This document shows, in pieces, positions 24,373-37,912 of a stretch of DNA of 64,000 nt; position 1 is the stretch's first letter, and the number at the start of each line of letters is the position of its first letter. The notes under the pieces are model-generated. The model worked only from the letters and a program-made list of their open reading frames with translations. It made no database searches and was not told where the DNA came from. The DNA is from Antedon mediterranea (lineage: Eukaryota; Animalia; Echinodermata), in the NCBI RefSeq assembly GCF_964355755.1, contig NC_092672.1, positions 2,790,001 to 2,854,000 on the forward strand. The letters are read 5' to 3'. The translations under genes and the position numbers were made by a program.

Positions 24373-26382
24373 TACTGTAATATATTTATTCTACATTATG
24401 CAAAAGCTTTAGAAAGATAAATGAACACTACTGTATTTTTCCATTTCATATCGCCAACAAAACTCACTCGCTGACACCCAGAGTTTGTTAATGATACGAC
24501 AGAGGTATAATACAAAATGATTAAAAAAATACTACTACACTAGTTTGATAGTGTAGACAGAGCTTCAAAGGCCTATTTGAATGTTAAGAGACCTTTAATA
24601 ACATTAGTAAGCTTCAATATTTTCCAACATAAAATGTTAATACTGTGCGATTACTTTACAATTCACTTGCAGAGCCCATGAATACAATAATAGGCAACAG
24701 TAAATGACCACCAATGATTAAAATTACATTAAAGATATCTTAAAGGTGTTTTTCTGTCCATTTCACAGGTCAGTGTAGCGATAACATTAAACTTTAAAAC
24801 ATTTTTAAAACAAAATTTTAATTGCATTTGTTGATATTAAAAGCGATTCAAAAATTCAGATCCTCTGACATTTTTATTTTAATCTAATTTTCGTTTTCTT
24901 TAAAATTTTTTAGCATATCTCAGATAGGATTTAGTAACTAGCACACAACCCCATATTTACACAAAATTCTCAATTTAAAAATATACTATTAAAGCATAAT
25001 AATATCGCTTGAAAACCGTGACGATGAAGGTTACCATACGAAAAAGCAATAAACTTAAATTGACGACCAATTAAGTTAAAGCGATCGGATAATTCAATTT
25101 GGAAAATCATTTTATGTGCGTTAAATTTTTCATAATTTTGCTTGCAAAAACAAGTACAAAATTTTCATTCGTTAAAATATCTTTGTTAATTTTGTATTTT
25201 TATAGTTTATTTTGTATTTTCCGTTTGTTTTGTTTGAGGGTCCCTAATGATCAGCTTATGCTGGATGAATCACCCTCATAAAATATTGTTGAAATAAAAA
25301 ATAAAATTGTGAAATTTTGTTGTTTAATACTACAATGCCGCACTATGTTTATTAATACAATGTCGTACAGTACACTATTATTATAATAGCCTTTGTTTAA
25401 TGATTTCCCCTTACACATTGGTTCTGTCCTACATATGCACAATAACAAACATACAGAAGATTGGAAGGTCGCACAGAATTTCTTTCATTCTTGGATGGAA
25501 TAAAAGATTGGAAATTGTTGAATAGAGTCTGTCTACAATTTAATGTATTTTTATTGTTAAAAGTGAGCTCCCTGGCTTTCTGATCTTTTAAATTTCAATC
25601 CCAGTATGTATGTGGGCACAAATTATACCATTATTTCCTCCATGACATTTACACAAAAAATATTTGCTAAATCTGAAAAAATAGAGATTCCTTTTTAAAA
25701 CTAAACAGATAAAAGCTTACCCCCCCCCCCCCTTAAAACTAAATTTTAGGTATTTTACATATAAATATGGGGATAAACTCATTTTATTATAGTAGAGTTG
25801 TACAGTACTGGAGGGAAACCTCAAAATGTTATTACTTTCTGGGTGTTGCCTCTTAATTATTTATATTTAAATTGTTATTTTGTTTACTTTGAAATGATAA
25901 GAAATAAATGTTATTATGAATGAAGGGTGAAAACCAAATAAAATTACATATGATAATATATTTCGTTATTAATTTTAATCAGATGCTCATACTTTAATTG
26001 TAATTAATATTATTAGGCTTGAAATTTCCATTGAGAAACAGCCTAGCCTGTGATAATTCCGGTAAATTTCACTTTACAGATGACCTGGTTCTACAGAATA
26101 AGAAAGCTTAAGGCTTATTTGCATAATTAATTATGCATCACATCATCTGGTGTTTAAGCCCAGCTAAATTAGCTATATTTTATACACTTAAATATAATCA
26201 TTATACAGTAGTGAACAAAGACAGCTATATTAGGCTTTTTGTTGTATGCTGTGAAAAATATTGATTATGTAAATAAACGTGTGGACGTTATTTATAGGAA
26301 TAACAGATATTTTTAGTATAGAAATGATATGAGACTTTATCAGTGCGTTTAGTAGAGTGATTCAGAAATGTTGTTAACATAC

Positions 26383-26636
26383 AAGTTTCAAGGCAAAATT
26401 GCGCTTGTAATACATGCAATTACAAGCTATCTGTGGAATAAATTGGAAGTGAGTAGCATCTGTAATTTCGAATGTCGTCAACATAATTTGTCTTGCTTCA
26501 TCGTAAAGGGCAGCTGATCCTAGAACTAGGCTGCTGGAGGAAGGGTCAAAATGCCATACAGCTAGCGACGACACCTTCTCCGATGACCCGACCCAGTTCT
26601 GGCAATGCGATCCCCACAGATTGAAAACTTGATCTG
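26383..26636 (-). other. Candidate alternative (poison or alternative C-terminal) exon of the zinc-finger gene
   Basis: GC-elevated island with acceptor ctgtctttatacag|cag (NAGNAG) and donor CTT|gtatgt. In phase 2 it reads (S)RSSFQSVGIALPELGRVIGEGVVASCMAF* (stop at 26548-26546). Confidence 0.45.
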
Positions 26637-27287
26637 CTGTATAAAGACAGTTGTAATTTCACGCCGCTATGACTGGCTGATACAAACAAAACCTATTGCG
26701 TATTTTCACTGGCTTGACACAGATATCGTCATACCTTGTGTCTATGATTATAAATAATGTCTTGTACTATAAATGAGTGTATACTTAAACATCCATACAA
26801 CATTCATTTCTGTATACTGTACCTAATTATTTTTTCTTGGAGTCAACAGAGAATCATTATTATAACTTCAGTTGTTTCATGTAGTTACAAATCGGTTTGG
26901 ATTATTTTAAGCATGTTTATAATAAATAATCTGTTTTACATGCATCATACTTAAGTATAAGTGCTGTACTTAAAGCCCCATGAATGTCAACTTGTATATA
27001 ATTTAAAATATGTAATTTAAATATATTATAAATAAGTTAATAGTTCACTAAGATTTCACCAATATTATACTAATTTATATTATACTTGTCTTTTTACCAC
27101 TCTGCGACATAAATATGTGATATCTAAAGATACCAGAGAATTACTACAGTATACATGATCGTGGTCGTTAAAAAAATCAAGTCTAAAAAACCATGTGTTT
27201 AAAAATAAATATTATAATTTTGTTGAAAATTAGTATACAGTAGGAAGATTATGCAAACAAATTTAACTATTCTTTTATCATTTCTAA

Positions 27288-27436
27288 AGCCTTGTCTACA
27301 CTATCAAACCTGTGTCACTGTCAAAAAAATGTAATGTGTCCATATATAGTAGTGCTATGCTTAAATATGGTAGTGATATGTCATCATCCTGTCCATATAT
27401 GGGCACATCACATTTTGTTGTCACATAAAGTTTGAT
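27288..27436. mobile_element. Family-A MITE (right TIR truncated)
   Basis: taa|agccttgtctacactatcaaac...ggcacatcacattttgttgtcacataaagtttgat. Confidence 0.8.
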
Positions 27437-30400
27437 TTGAATAGTTAAATTTGTCTTCTTGCTTTGAATGTCAGCATAATAATACTAGAATTTACTCAAT
27501 TAGCAAAAACCATTTGGGTCCCTTTGTATACAATTACTGTATTCAATGAAAGAACTGACAAAAATGAATATTAATATTGCAACCTATAATTTTCTTTGAA
27601 CCCAAAATTGGTTCAAGTTTGGGGAGAGGATGACAAGGTGTAGTTAACCCCAAATTTTGATGTGGTTTTTAAGTACAGGGTGGACTTGCATCATATACTA
27701 TAGACTTACTAAAACAGAACAATAAAAATATCATTTGTCACTTCTATTGGTAAAAATCATAGGATAGTTTGTATCTGGAGGGATTGTAATACTAGGCAAA
27801 GTCAGCCTACATCTTGAGCGAACTTCATGATCAATTACTATTAAAAATAATAAATCACAATGATTTTGTAACCTCAGGTATACACCTTGTATCCAACGGC
27901 TAAAAATTGCGAATAATCATTAAATTAGAGATCTAAAAAAAAAATCTACGACTCCAGCTTATAATTTGTGTAAACCCCTAACCCACTTTATATGTATCAT
28001 CAACTATTCATTGCTATCGGCTACAAATGTAATGATTTAATCATTAATGTGCGCTATTTGTATTAAAATCAATGGGGCCAGGTGAATACATTTTGCGACC
28101 CTACCCCAATTCTATTTCCTTATGTATGAGAAGAGTTAGTACTGTAGTTACAGAAGTACTGTGTGTCAATTTTACTTGCAACAATATTTCTTCATGTAAA
28201 CAATGAAACGTGATGTTTAATATTAATAACAAAATGCAAATTCAACTTTAATTAAAAATGAGACAAAAATAAAGTAATAGGTTTATGAAATAGCGTTGAA
28301 AGTTCATGTACATCAGGGTTATCAGTCGAATAGTGCTATTGTATGAATATTCTATATTGTTAATTGTATGTTGTAAATTAGCTTTGTATTGTATTGAAAT
28401 TATTCCACTGCAGTTACTGCAGTAACTGCATTATAACTGCACAAACATATGATTTTAGTTGAATTTAACTGCAATAAAACTTGCTAAATAATAAAACAGA
28501 CTGAAACCAATAGTAACAATAAAAATGTATTTCTTAATAGAAAGCCATACTTGTTTTATATTATCCATTCAGTTTGGAAAAATACACTATTAAAATCCCC
28601 TTCCTTTTAGTGAGTTAAATACCAGCAAAAATGTCTACAAAAGCCATTAGAATTTATCATGATCTATTCTAAATAGAAAACAAGATTAGCATATTTCAGG
28701 GGTTTCTGCTATATGCATTATACAGTAGTCACTGGAGGCCATTTGGTCAGTGCACAAAAGGGAAAATATTAAATCCCTGTGTGCTACAGATTTCCCATTA
28801 ATATTTAACAGGGACATTTAAGGGACATCTAACATGATGCAGGCACTGTGGCTGTCCCCACATCGCCGTCATCTGGGGGAAATATTCTGGGTATGATAAT
28901 AAAAAGTTCAGAAATATTATATTATTAGCTGACTGCACGACCAACTGCAGCGCTGTCACTTGTTAATGCTTGGGTATTTTCAGTACAAAAGGGAAATTGG
29001 GACACGTTATTATGTAGAAGCTTACGAATCGCAGGGAATAACTAGGTTGTATTACACACGGTAAACGACAAAAGTAACGGGATTAGATGAAGCCAGGTGT
29101 TGACGTGTTTATAGAGTAAGAATAATTGGTCGTCTAAAGCTAAGCTTACGTATAAAATCTCAAAATTTAGTGTAGCGAAACAGTCTCTTAAAACGCAGTG
29201 CTTTAAGGGTTAATATCTGACCTATGGCTTGAATTTAACAAGTTTATTACCTTGTACCTTTAATTTTAAATTGATTGATTCTGAATCAAAGAAGAATTAG
29301 TAAGTAAAACCTTTAGTAATACTAAGTATATTATTGTCCTTTTTATTATATTTTAGAATGTCAAAAAAAGAAACTTATAAAATAACAAAAAACTACATTG
29401 TTGTATATTAAATATTATATATATTAAATATTAAGACTACAAAACCCCTGTTCCAAACCGGTCATTAATTGGAGAAACTTTTAGTATGAAAAAGGAAGCA
29501 ATAAAGATATTACATTTAAATTGTCTGAACAATCATTTTTAATGTTTGCAAAGTTAAAATTGTCTTACAGTACTCTTTTTTGCTGACATTTTTTTCTAAT
29601 AAAGTAACGACAGGCGCATATATATATAGTTTAGATTTGAATTTCTGGGAGGTACAGTAATACAAAGAGACACGACTATAAGAAGCTGGGTGGAATCAAT
29701 TTAGGGTAGTGTAGTATTTGCAGGCATCAGTAAGATTAACTACTTCAACATGGTTGGTGCTAAAAAAAAACAACATTTAAACAGCTACAAGATTAAACCT
29801 AGTAGAAACTAGTATAGACAAATAGTACACTTGAGATTTGACTTAATCTTCAACAGGTGAACGTCTGCATGCAGGACCCTATGGCGGCACATATGCTGCA
29901 CTAACGACCAAACAGTATTAATAGAAAAAGCAAGGGGCACCAAGTCTAACCCCTTCCCTAATAAATAAACAGTAAAAATATAAAACCTGGGATGAGTGCT
30001 AAGAAAAAGTTAATATTGAAATGATTTATTTTTTGTTGAAAAACGAATAAATAAAATTTTAAGCGGATCTCAAACGATGTAAAATTGCTCAAAGGGAGAC
30101 ACAAAAAGCATGTGGGAATTGTTTGGCTTAGGAATGCTCAATCTTTATTTAATTAATTGGAGAGAGTCAAGGGGGAGAATCCCAACAGGGATATAAATGA
30201 GATGGATGACCAGGGGTGTATGACTTGTGGAGTCCATAGGGATATGTAGTAAATGAGATTAGATTGGAAGGGGGCATGAGTTGCAAGTTGAATGTGATGT
30301 TAATGTTATATTTTGCTGTCAGGGGGAATACATGATTGATGGTCGTATAATGAATGATGTTTATTTATTGATTCATGTTTACGGTCAGCTGAGCAGCTGT

Positions 30401-32003
30401 TTATCAACAATAGAAAATGAGCTTGGATAATGAACAAGGGTCAAACATGCAGCTGTTTGAGTACAATAGAGAAAGTCATTATCATTAGGCCTACAAATAA
30501 TGTGTAAGATTTAATCACTGTGTCTAGAGAAAGGCTTTAAAATTTAATGTTGTTTACAGTGAAAATAAAACCAAATATGAATATGAAACATTGTTTTAAT
30601 ATTAAATTATAAAATAAGTGAAAGTTATGAAATGTAATTTAAATGGCATTGTTAATTTAAACTTTAATTGTAAAAGGAAGCCATTATTATGAATTATATT
30701 AAAATATGATTTTAAATGATAATTTAATTTTATTTTGGAACCAGCTTCTACTCCATATCCGTCAATGTAATGTAAATCTTTTTAGCTTCAAGTCACTTCT
30801 AAAATATCACCTTTTTTCAATATTTCTTGTTGGTCTTTTTTAGCGCTGTGAGACATCAGTAAATATCTCTTTATAAAAGTTTATTATTAATTATTAAGAA
30901 ATAGAAGTTTGTTTTTACAGTAGTAAATTAAAAAATAATATCAAAATATAAATTCTTCAATACATTTTTTCTTTTTTTGTCAGGGTCAAATGTTTAAATT
31001 TAGTGGCTAAAAATGATACAGGTGGTCGTAATTTGAACGAATACAATTTTGTGATTTTCCTTTTTCTTAAATGTGATTCTATGAAAGCATAACTTTGTTG
31101 TTTAAAATGTTCAGTGATTTTTCCCTCAAAAATGTCTTTTTAAAATGATACTATTAACGATATTCACATTTATACGAGACAAAGGCTGTGTGTAGTGGAC
31201 ACTTGACGAGTCAACGATCTGAGTCATATGGTCAAGTGATTAGCTCGTCGTCGATATAAAATATGCAGTCCTCAGTAAAATTATTAATTTAAACCAATAA
31301 TATAGTTTTACTAATTATTATTTATTGCTTGTCATAACTTAATAATATATCTTCCTTTCTCACTCTTTATAAAGTTAAGAATCCATTTTCTAAAACTCAA
31401 TACTGTACGCAAAATTTCATTTCAAGCAACCACTGAATCAACCATTCTATTCACTGTAGTTAATGAAATTTAAAACGTTAGGAATCTTTACTAAGCTCTG
31501 TATGTACTTTATCTATTCATTTATTTTAGTAACATAAAAACTTGAGTTACAAAACAGAATAATCACAGCAAAAAATATTAAATTAAAAGGAGAAAATATT
31601 TCTTTGTACAAACATAATAAATTATGTAGTCCAGAAAGACATACACAGCAATGTACTTAATTTCTCCTATTTTTTTCATGACAAGATGTTGTTAACACCT
31701 AGAGCGATTTATGGTGTTTTTAAATCTAGACATTTCAGATCATCTTTACACTTTCGATGAACAGCCCTACTTTCCATTTGACTCCAAGGCAAAATTGTAA
31801 GGTTTTAAGATTAAACATGAAAGGTAAACTGGAATGTTGTCAAGATACTGTAACATTTATAATCATCTATTATATTAAAGAGACAGCTACAGTAAAAATT
31901 ATTATTATTTTTTTCAAATTTACGCTGATTAAGTATAGCTGCATTATGGGAGTATGTTTCCATACATGTTTGATCTGAACAAATGACTGGGGTAATAATG
32001 TTT

Positions 32004-32296
32004 AGCGCTTAGAGGTTTCACAACATTAGGCGCTATATAAATCCGGGATTAATTATAATTATTTACAGTATATATAATAATTCTTACTCAGATGTACTGT
32101 CATCAGTAGTTTTGGTTGGTTTTAACTAGCAAATGTTCCTAATACTACTGTAAGCTGTCTTAGTTTGTATCTTTTTATTACTGATATCAGGACACATTTA
32201 ACCTTGTTTCATTTGTTAATGCACAAAGCGCCATGAGCGCCACATGGGTGGAGGATACCGGCGCTATATAAGTTTTCATTTATTATTATTATTATT
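32004..32296 (+). mobile_element. Two L2/SINE-type 3' tails (stem-loop agcgc...gcgctatataa plus (TTA)n)
   Basis: 32004-32064 and 32226-32296 each show agcgc...gcgctatataa followed by att repeats. A weaker third copy lies near 30842-30895. Confidence 0.55.
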
Positions 32297-34192
32297 TATA
32301 TTTTTAATTTGTTCTCCATTAAAAAAATATTTTCAAAATGAATAATAATAAAAATAGCATTTATATCAATAATACAGTATAATATTTACTTACATTCATA
32401 TTTTTTTTTTCTGCAGTAAATAATAAAGATTTTCTAATTGTATATTTTTTGTATGAGACATACTAAAAATAAATCAAAATAAAGTGTAAAACAATGTTTT
32501 TACCATGTAATAAATGCTTTATATACCCACAATGTTCTCTTTAATATGTAATAATTAATGCTCTTACTATCAAATTAATACTAGTAGAGATTATTAAATG
32601 TCAAAGAGATATTAAAATATAAAAAGTTATTTTTTTTAAAACGTCAATATTAATTCTTAATTTTACAGCTTTAAAAACAGCAAATCTTGAGCAAATAATT
32701 CAATTTTGCATTTTCTAGAATTTTTTGAAATCTGTGTATAAAATATCTGTATATGTAATTACATCAATTATCCTTAAAGTAATAAGGATCTCGGATTTAA
32801 GTAGTTTAGCAGACGGCAAGGTTCCTTACAAAATACTCTATAATAATAAAGTTTGAGTCATAGCAACATTCTCATAATAAACGGGCTTGTTGTAACTACC
32901 AATAGGCAGGAAATATGGCAAATCGAATAGGAACCATTCAATAAGCAGGAGATACGACCCGATTGTCAACTATTACTACAGCAAATTATCATGTACATGT
33001 TAGCATAATTACCAATAAGTGGATACGTTACAAAATGGGAAAAACAGGGCTTATCAAAAATTATCTTGACAGGACGACTAGCCTCTTTGGTGAATTATTC
33101 TAAGAAGATGCATTGATAAAGTAATTAATTTAAAAGTACTATAGGATCAAGGATGTAAGATAGTATGTGTCCATTCAGTCTATTATGAAAATGTGTTGCC
33201 ATGGTATAGCAGAATATATGTACTTGCACATAAAATAAATCAAATTTATATGACTGATAAAAAGTGTTAGAAAAATATGTGCTAAAAAGCAGGTGGTAAA
33301 TCCTTGTATTTTCTGTAAATGTTTTTACAATGAGACAATATGTCTGGTGAGGAGAGACCTGAGATAGGTCAAGAATAAAATCATAAAAACATTTGATATT
33401 GATTTAATATCCAGTCTGCTAATGTCTATATAATATTCAACCTCTTTAAAAAGGTATTAAAAATACTAATCATTAATAAACGATAGGAAATTAAGTAAAA
33501 GTAATAAAACTAATTATTAATAAAATGTTGAACTGTCCGCAAAACATTTTATCGATTTAACTGAAATACATTAACCTTATAAAGAGCGGTTGCTCTAAAT
33601 GACGACCGACTGATAAAAATTAAGCCGTGCTTCTAAGTAGTTTGCAACAGAACCTATGCGTATTTAAGTTTCAGTAAATCATAGTTGGTAAACATGAGAA
33701 TCTAGGTACCGTATTACAGTAGTATACTGTATAATCTATGTGCTGAGTCCGTAATTCATGTATATGTATAAAATAAAGTAGGTCAGGTTCCTTAACAATA
33801 GCAACCTTAATTAATTTTAGATTAATAGTAGAAATTAGGTTACCAAGTCCGTTTACAGTTTTGCTAAAATCAAGAGAATTATGTAATTTTTTTTAATTTC
33901 CAAATTTAATTTTGAATCATTGATCAATTAATTATCAAACATTTTTTTTGGACGAACAAATGCTTTAATATTTGTTTTTATTAAAATATATAATTTTACA
34001 GCAAGGTATGTAACTCTAAGGATATTGAACGACTGCTTATATTTATATTTATAAACTCTCTCAATTTAGGCTTGCAGTACAGAGGGAGTAGAATTGTTAA
34101 AAGTTGCATGGTACAACCCTGGTACAAGGGCAGGACTGAACCCTGGCTTTACAATAACGATACTCTCGCTAATTAACAAAAATAAAGCTCAC

Positions 34193-36477
34193 CTCTGCTC
34201 AGAGTTGTGCTCTGAATGTGCGTCATTACCCTCTGCCTTCAGTTGGCAGTGACGGTGATTTGAGTCGCCGTTTTCGGAGCAGCATTCCCGGCAAAGGCTG
34301 CGGTCAGCATTTGGATTCGTTTCTAACATACTTAAGCTCGGATTTTGATCGTCTTTAGATGATTTTGAATAAGCTAGCTGCGCACGTTCATGTCGTTTAC
34401 GGTGAATACGAAATTCAGAATAGAGAAGAAATGAGATACCACATTGCTCACAAGTGTGCCGATTGTTTGGGAGGAGACCAATCATACAATTTTGGGAATT
34501 AGGTTCTTCGTTTTCTCTTAGAGGGTGCTGTTCAGGTTCACCTTCTCTCTTGCCGTTTTGTGAATTCTCTCGTACAGCTTCGCTCGGAGTGGATGGCATT
34601 AATGCGGATGTATTCTGGTTACGTTCTGCGAAGTATTCACGTAAACGAGGATGTTTCATCCAAATGGCTGCCATCGATTCTCTATGTTGGTGATATAGAG
34701 GGGGTGGGGGGCTTGGCGAGTCTTTACGTAAGAGATAATGCACATGACTGAATTCACGCTCTGACATGATTGGTAAATCAGCAAAGTTGAGCGGATGAGT
34801 GGTTGGCGGGGATCCAATAACCGGATAACCCTCCTGTACGATCTGTTCTTGCTGATTTTCAATTTTCTTCACCTGTTGCTGCTGCTGTTGTATTCTCTTC
34901 TCCAGTTGCTGCAGCATCTCCATCAGTTTCTCTTTGTTCTGAGGAGGACCATCTGGAGAGCTTGTACTTGGGTGGTTGCCATTGGTTGCTCTTGCTTCTT
35001 TCGTAAGATGAGTATTGCGATGATGGGTTAAATCTGATATAAGGTCAAAGCCTTTATTGCAGAGATTACATTTGTACTTTTTTTCAAATGCATCATGATG
35101 ACGGACACGTTGATGCGTTTGAATCTGTCTTAGTTTCTTAAAAGATTCTCCGCACATTCCACATTTGTATGATGTCAACTTGTTGCCATCTTTCCGGCGT
35201 TTTCGTCGTGGAGCGCCATCAGCACTACCCTTTGAAACGATAGCTCTACAGTCTGGGTTGTCGGCCAAGTGCTTTACAAGATGCATTTCTGTCGGGTAAA
35301 CGTAACGACAAGCAATGCACGGATAGGTTTCTGGTCCATGAATCGTCTCGTGCTGTCGCTGATGATCTCGGTCGCTAAAGGATTTACCACAAACGCCGCA
35401 TTTGAATGGTTTCTCCCCACTATGTATTCTCTGCCAATGCCGTTTTAAGTGACATTTTCTGCGAAAAGCAGCGGGGCATTCGTTACAAGCATAAGGCCGT
35501 TCATTCGTATGCGTTGCCCTATGCCGCATCAGATGACTGGAATGCTTAAAATTCATGTTACAAACTTTACAGGTGAAAGGTCGCTCTCCAGGTTCTAGAA
35601 TACCATCAACAACTGCTATTCCCCCTGGAATTCCACCAACTACACCTCCCGCTATTCCACCTTGGTCAATTTGGTCACTTTCATTATTTGCATTTGCACG
35701 TAGCAAATGCAATTGTCCGTCAACAATATACGCATTTGGTGGGGGTATGGAAAATTGCGAGTCATTCGCTGCAGATGCATATTGATGAATAGCATCTGCG
35801 TGGCTCTTTGGTTCATTATAATAAACATCCATCTCATCTTGAGCAGTCTCTTTGACCTCTTGACCCTCGGTCTTAACTGTACCCTCAACGACCCCATTCT
35901 CGTCTATTCTAGTAGCGCAAATATGTTTGCGTAAACTTGATTTGGAAATAAAACTATTTTTGCACACTTTACATGGATAGAAAGCCTGAGAATCGTTTTC
36001 AGCTTCTCCGTTTTCTCCTTTGTTGCTCCCGCATAAAAGAGACCGAAGGAAATCCCCCTTTGGGTTTGATTCATTGGAATGTGGTGTATCCTCTGGTTCG
36101 CTTTTCTGTGATTGTGATTCTTCGCCCCGTACCTCTTGATGCTTCGTCACTGTGCCATCTAAGATGTTATATCGCTTCACTTCAACCATTGAGTCATTTT
36201 CATTCTTTGTTACTCCCCTTAACATTACCCTGTCTTTAGCCATGTCTTTTAGTTTCGATTCCAGACGTCCACTGGCACCTTTCCCGTTCTTCGTGATACT
36301 AATAAAACCATTAGTTTTTTCACGATACTCAACTGTATCAGGAACAAAGTCATTTTCATTTGTGTCAAATCCTGCAATACATTTTTTAAAATCGTCCAAA
36401 AAACTTGTAGACATCTTTCGTACTGGTCCCAGGTCACTTATGTCGTTGTCGGACGCAATCATGACCTCTGTACTCAT
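34193..36477 (-). CDS. C2H2 zinc-finger transcription factor, main coding exon (about 8 fingers)
   Basis: Long ORF with CxxC...HxxxH fingers, TNERP/SGEKP linkers, basic PRRKRRK and poly-Q. Acceptor cttatcctcttttttcag| at 36508 makes ATG 36477 (MSTEV) the likely start. The end CAGAG|gtgagc is a phase-2 donor overlapping the TGA at 34191-34189. Confidence 0.93.
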
Positions 36478-37310
36478 GATGGAAGTTTTATCTGCACTGA
36501 GCTTTAATCTGAAAAAAGAGGATAAGACATAATAAGCACGTACAGTACGTACAGTATAAGTATTTAAAAGAATTATGGAAAATGAACTTACAAAATGAAA
36601 TACAACATGGCATATAACAAGCATCTGGCTGTTCTTAGTAGTCTGAGATGTTTTTAGCTAACAGTTAGTTACTTGATACTAACAGACCCCAATTATTTGT
36701 ACTCCCTGAAGAGAATTTGAGACACAGCAAGTACCCCAGTGATAGAGCATAGAGAGCAAATGAAGGATAGTTTAGTCTTACCAGGGAGTATATGCTGTAC
36801 TTTCTGAAAAATGTTTAATATGTAACTGTAGAATGGATTCTAAAAATATTGTCAAAGGATACTGATGGTCGGTTACAGCCACCATGGTGGTCAGTTACAA
36901 TCACCATGGTGGTCAGTCTGGTGTACAGTATCAACATGCTGCATTTTCAGTTAAATTATTGGTGGAAATTTCAGACATGGTTTATATACTTTTAATTATA
37001 AAAATATTCAACCCATTGAAATACTGTTAAAACACAACTGCAAGTAACAAAAACCGTTAATTGGTTTTCCCTATCCCCTATATATATAGGTATTTGTGTG
37101 TGTTAATAGGCATTGTGTGTGTTACTGTAGGCCAAAATTTAAAAGTGCCATAAAAAATTTTCCCCAAAACCCTGGGATGGGGATTTTTTCTGACATTCTA
37201 TATGGAGGTATACTCTATCAGAAAAACCCAAAAAAAATTTTCCTATACTTTTTTTTTAACTGTTCTGCACCCAGGCTATGTATACTGTACACTTTATAAA
37301 GGATCTTTAC

Positions 37311-37335
37311 CTTAGAGCTGATATCTACAGGTCTT
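37311..37335 (-). other. Possible 25-nt 5'-UTR micro-exon of the zinc-finger gene
   Basis: ctatttgtacag|aagacctgtagatatcagctctaag|gtaaag. Confidence 0.3.
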
Positions 37336-37733
37336 CTGTACAAATAGATTAAATTAAAAACAAATATTTGTACAAAACACAAAATGTATGTTGTTGAAAA
37401 TTAAAATCATTATTATTATTATTATAGTATGTACAGTGTAAGATAAAAATAAAATCCAACTTTTGAATTATTAAAAATGTTATCCTTTTTAAATAAACAG
37501 ATTCTAAAAATAAAGTAAACCTCACGTGACTAGTATCTTTTATACACTATCACTAGTGTGTGCTCTATGTATAGTTTGACACAAATTTATTAAAATTACT
37601 TTGTTATGTTGGTGACATTTAAACATAAGCATTTCTTGCAAAATATTTTGGAAATATTTATTTTTTGTCACCAAACTGCAACAAATGTTTATCTCTATCA
37701 TGTACAGTAGTAAAATATCAATTCAATTGATTA

Positions 37734-37912
37734 AGCTTGGTTCACACTAGAACGTAACGCAAGGACGTAAACGCAACGCAAGCGTTTTAACCAATGACAA
37801 GCGAAGTTATAGACAGTTAGCAATCACAAGCGAATAAGCCATCGCTTGTGATTGGTCAATTCACTTGCGTTGCGTTACGTCCTTGCGTTGCGTCGCTAGT
37901 GGGAACCACGCT
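37734..37912. mobile_element. Palindromic Harbinger/Tourist-like MITE (family B)
   Basis: tta|agcttggttcacactagaacgtaacgcaaggacgtaa ... ttacgtccttgcgttgcgtcgctagtgggaaccacgct|tta. A half copy lies at 54894-54975. Confidence 0.85.

Larger units (their letters stand above)
23912..24373 (-). mobile_element. Penelope-like (pLTR/retrozyme-type) retroelement insertion with 11-bp TSD
   Basis: Flanked by the direct repeat ACTGTAATATA (23901-11, 24374-84). Hammerhead motif at its 5' end, and two related copies in the window. Confidence 0.75.

Noticed and set aside
34454-36532. Several plus-strand and alternate-frame ORFs over the zinc-finger exon
   Set aside because: Shadow ORFs of a GC-richer coding exon, with no recognisable domains.
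36478-36624. First 49 aa of the 811-aa ORF
   Set aside because: They run through a polypyrimidine tract and AG acceptor at 36510-36509, so they are intronic or UTR. ATG 36477 is more plausible.
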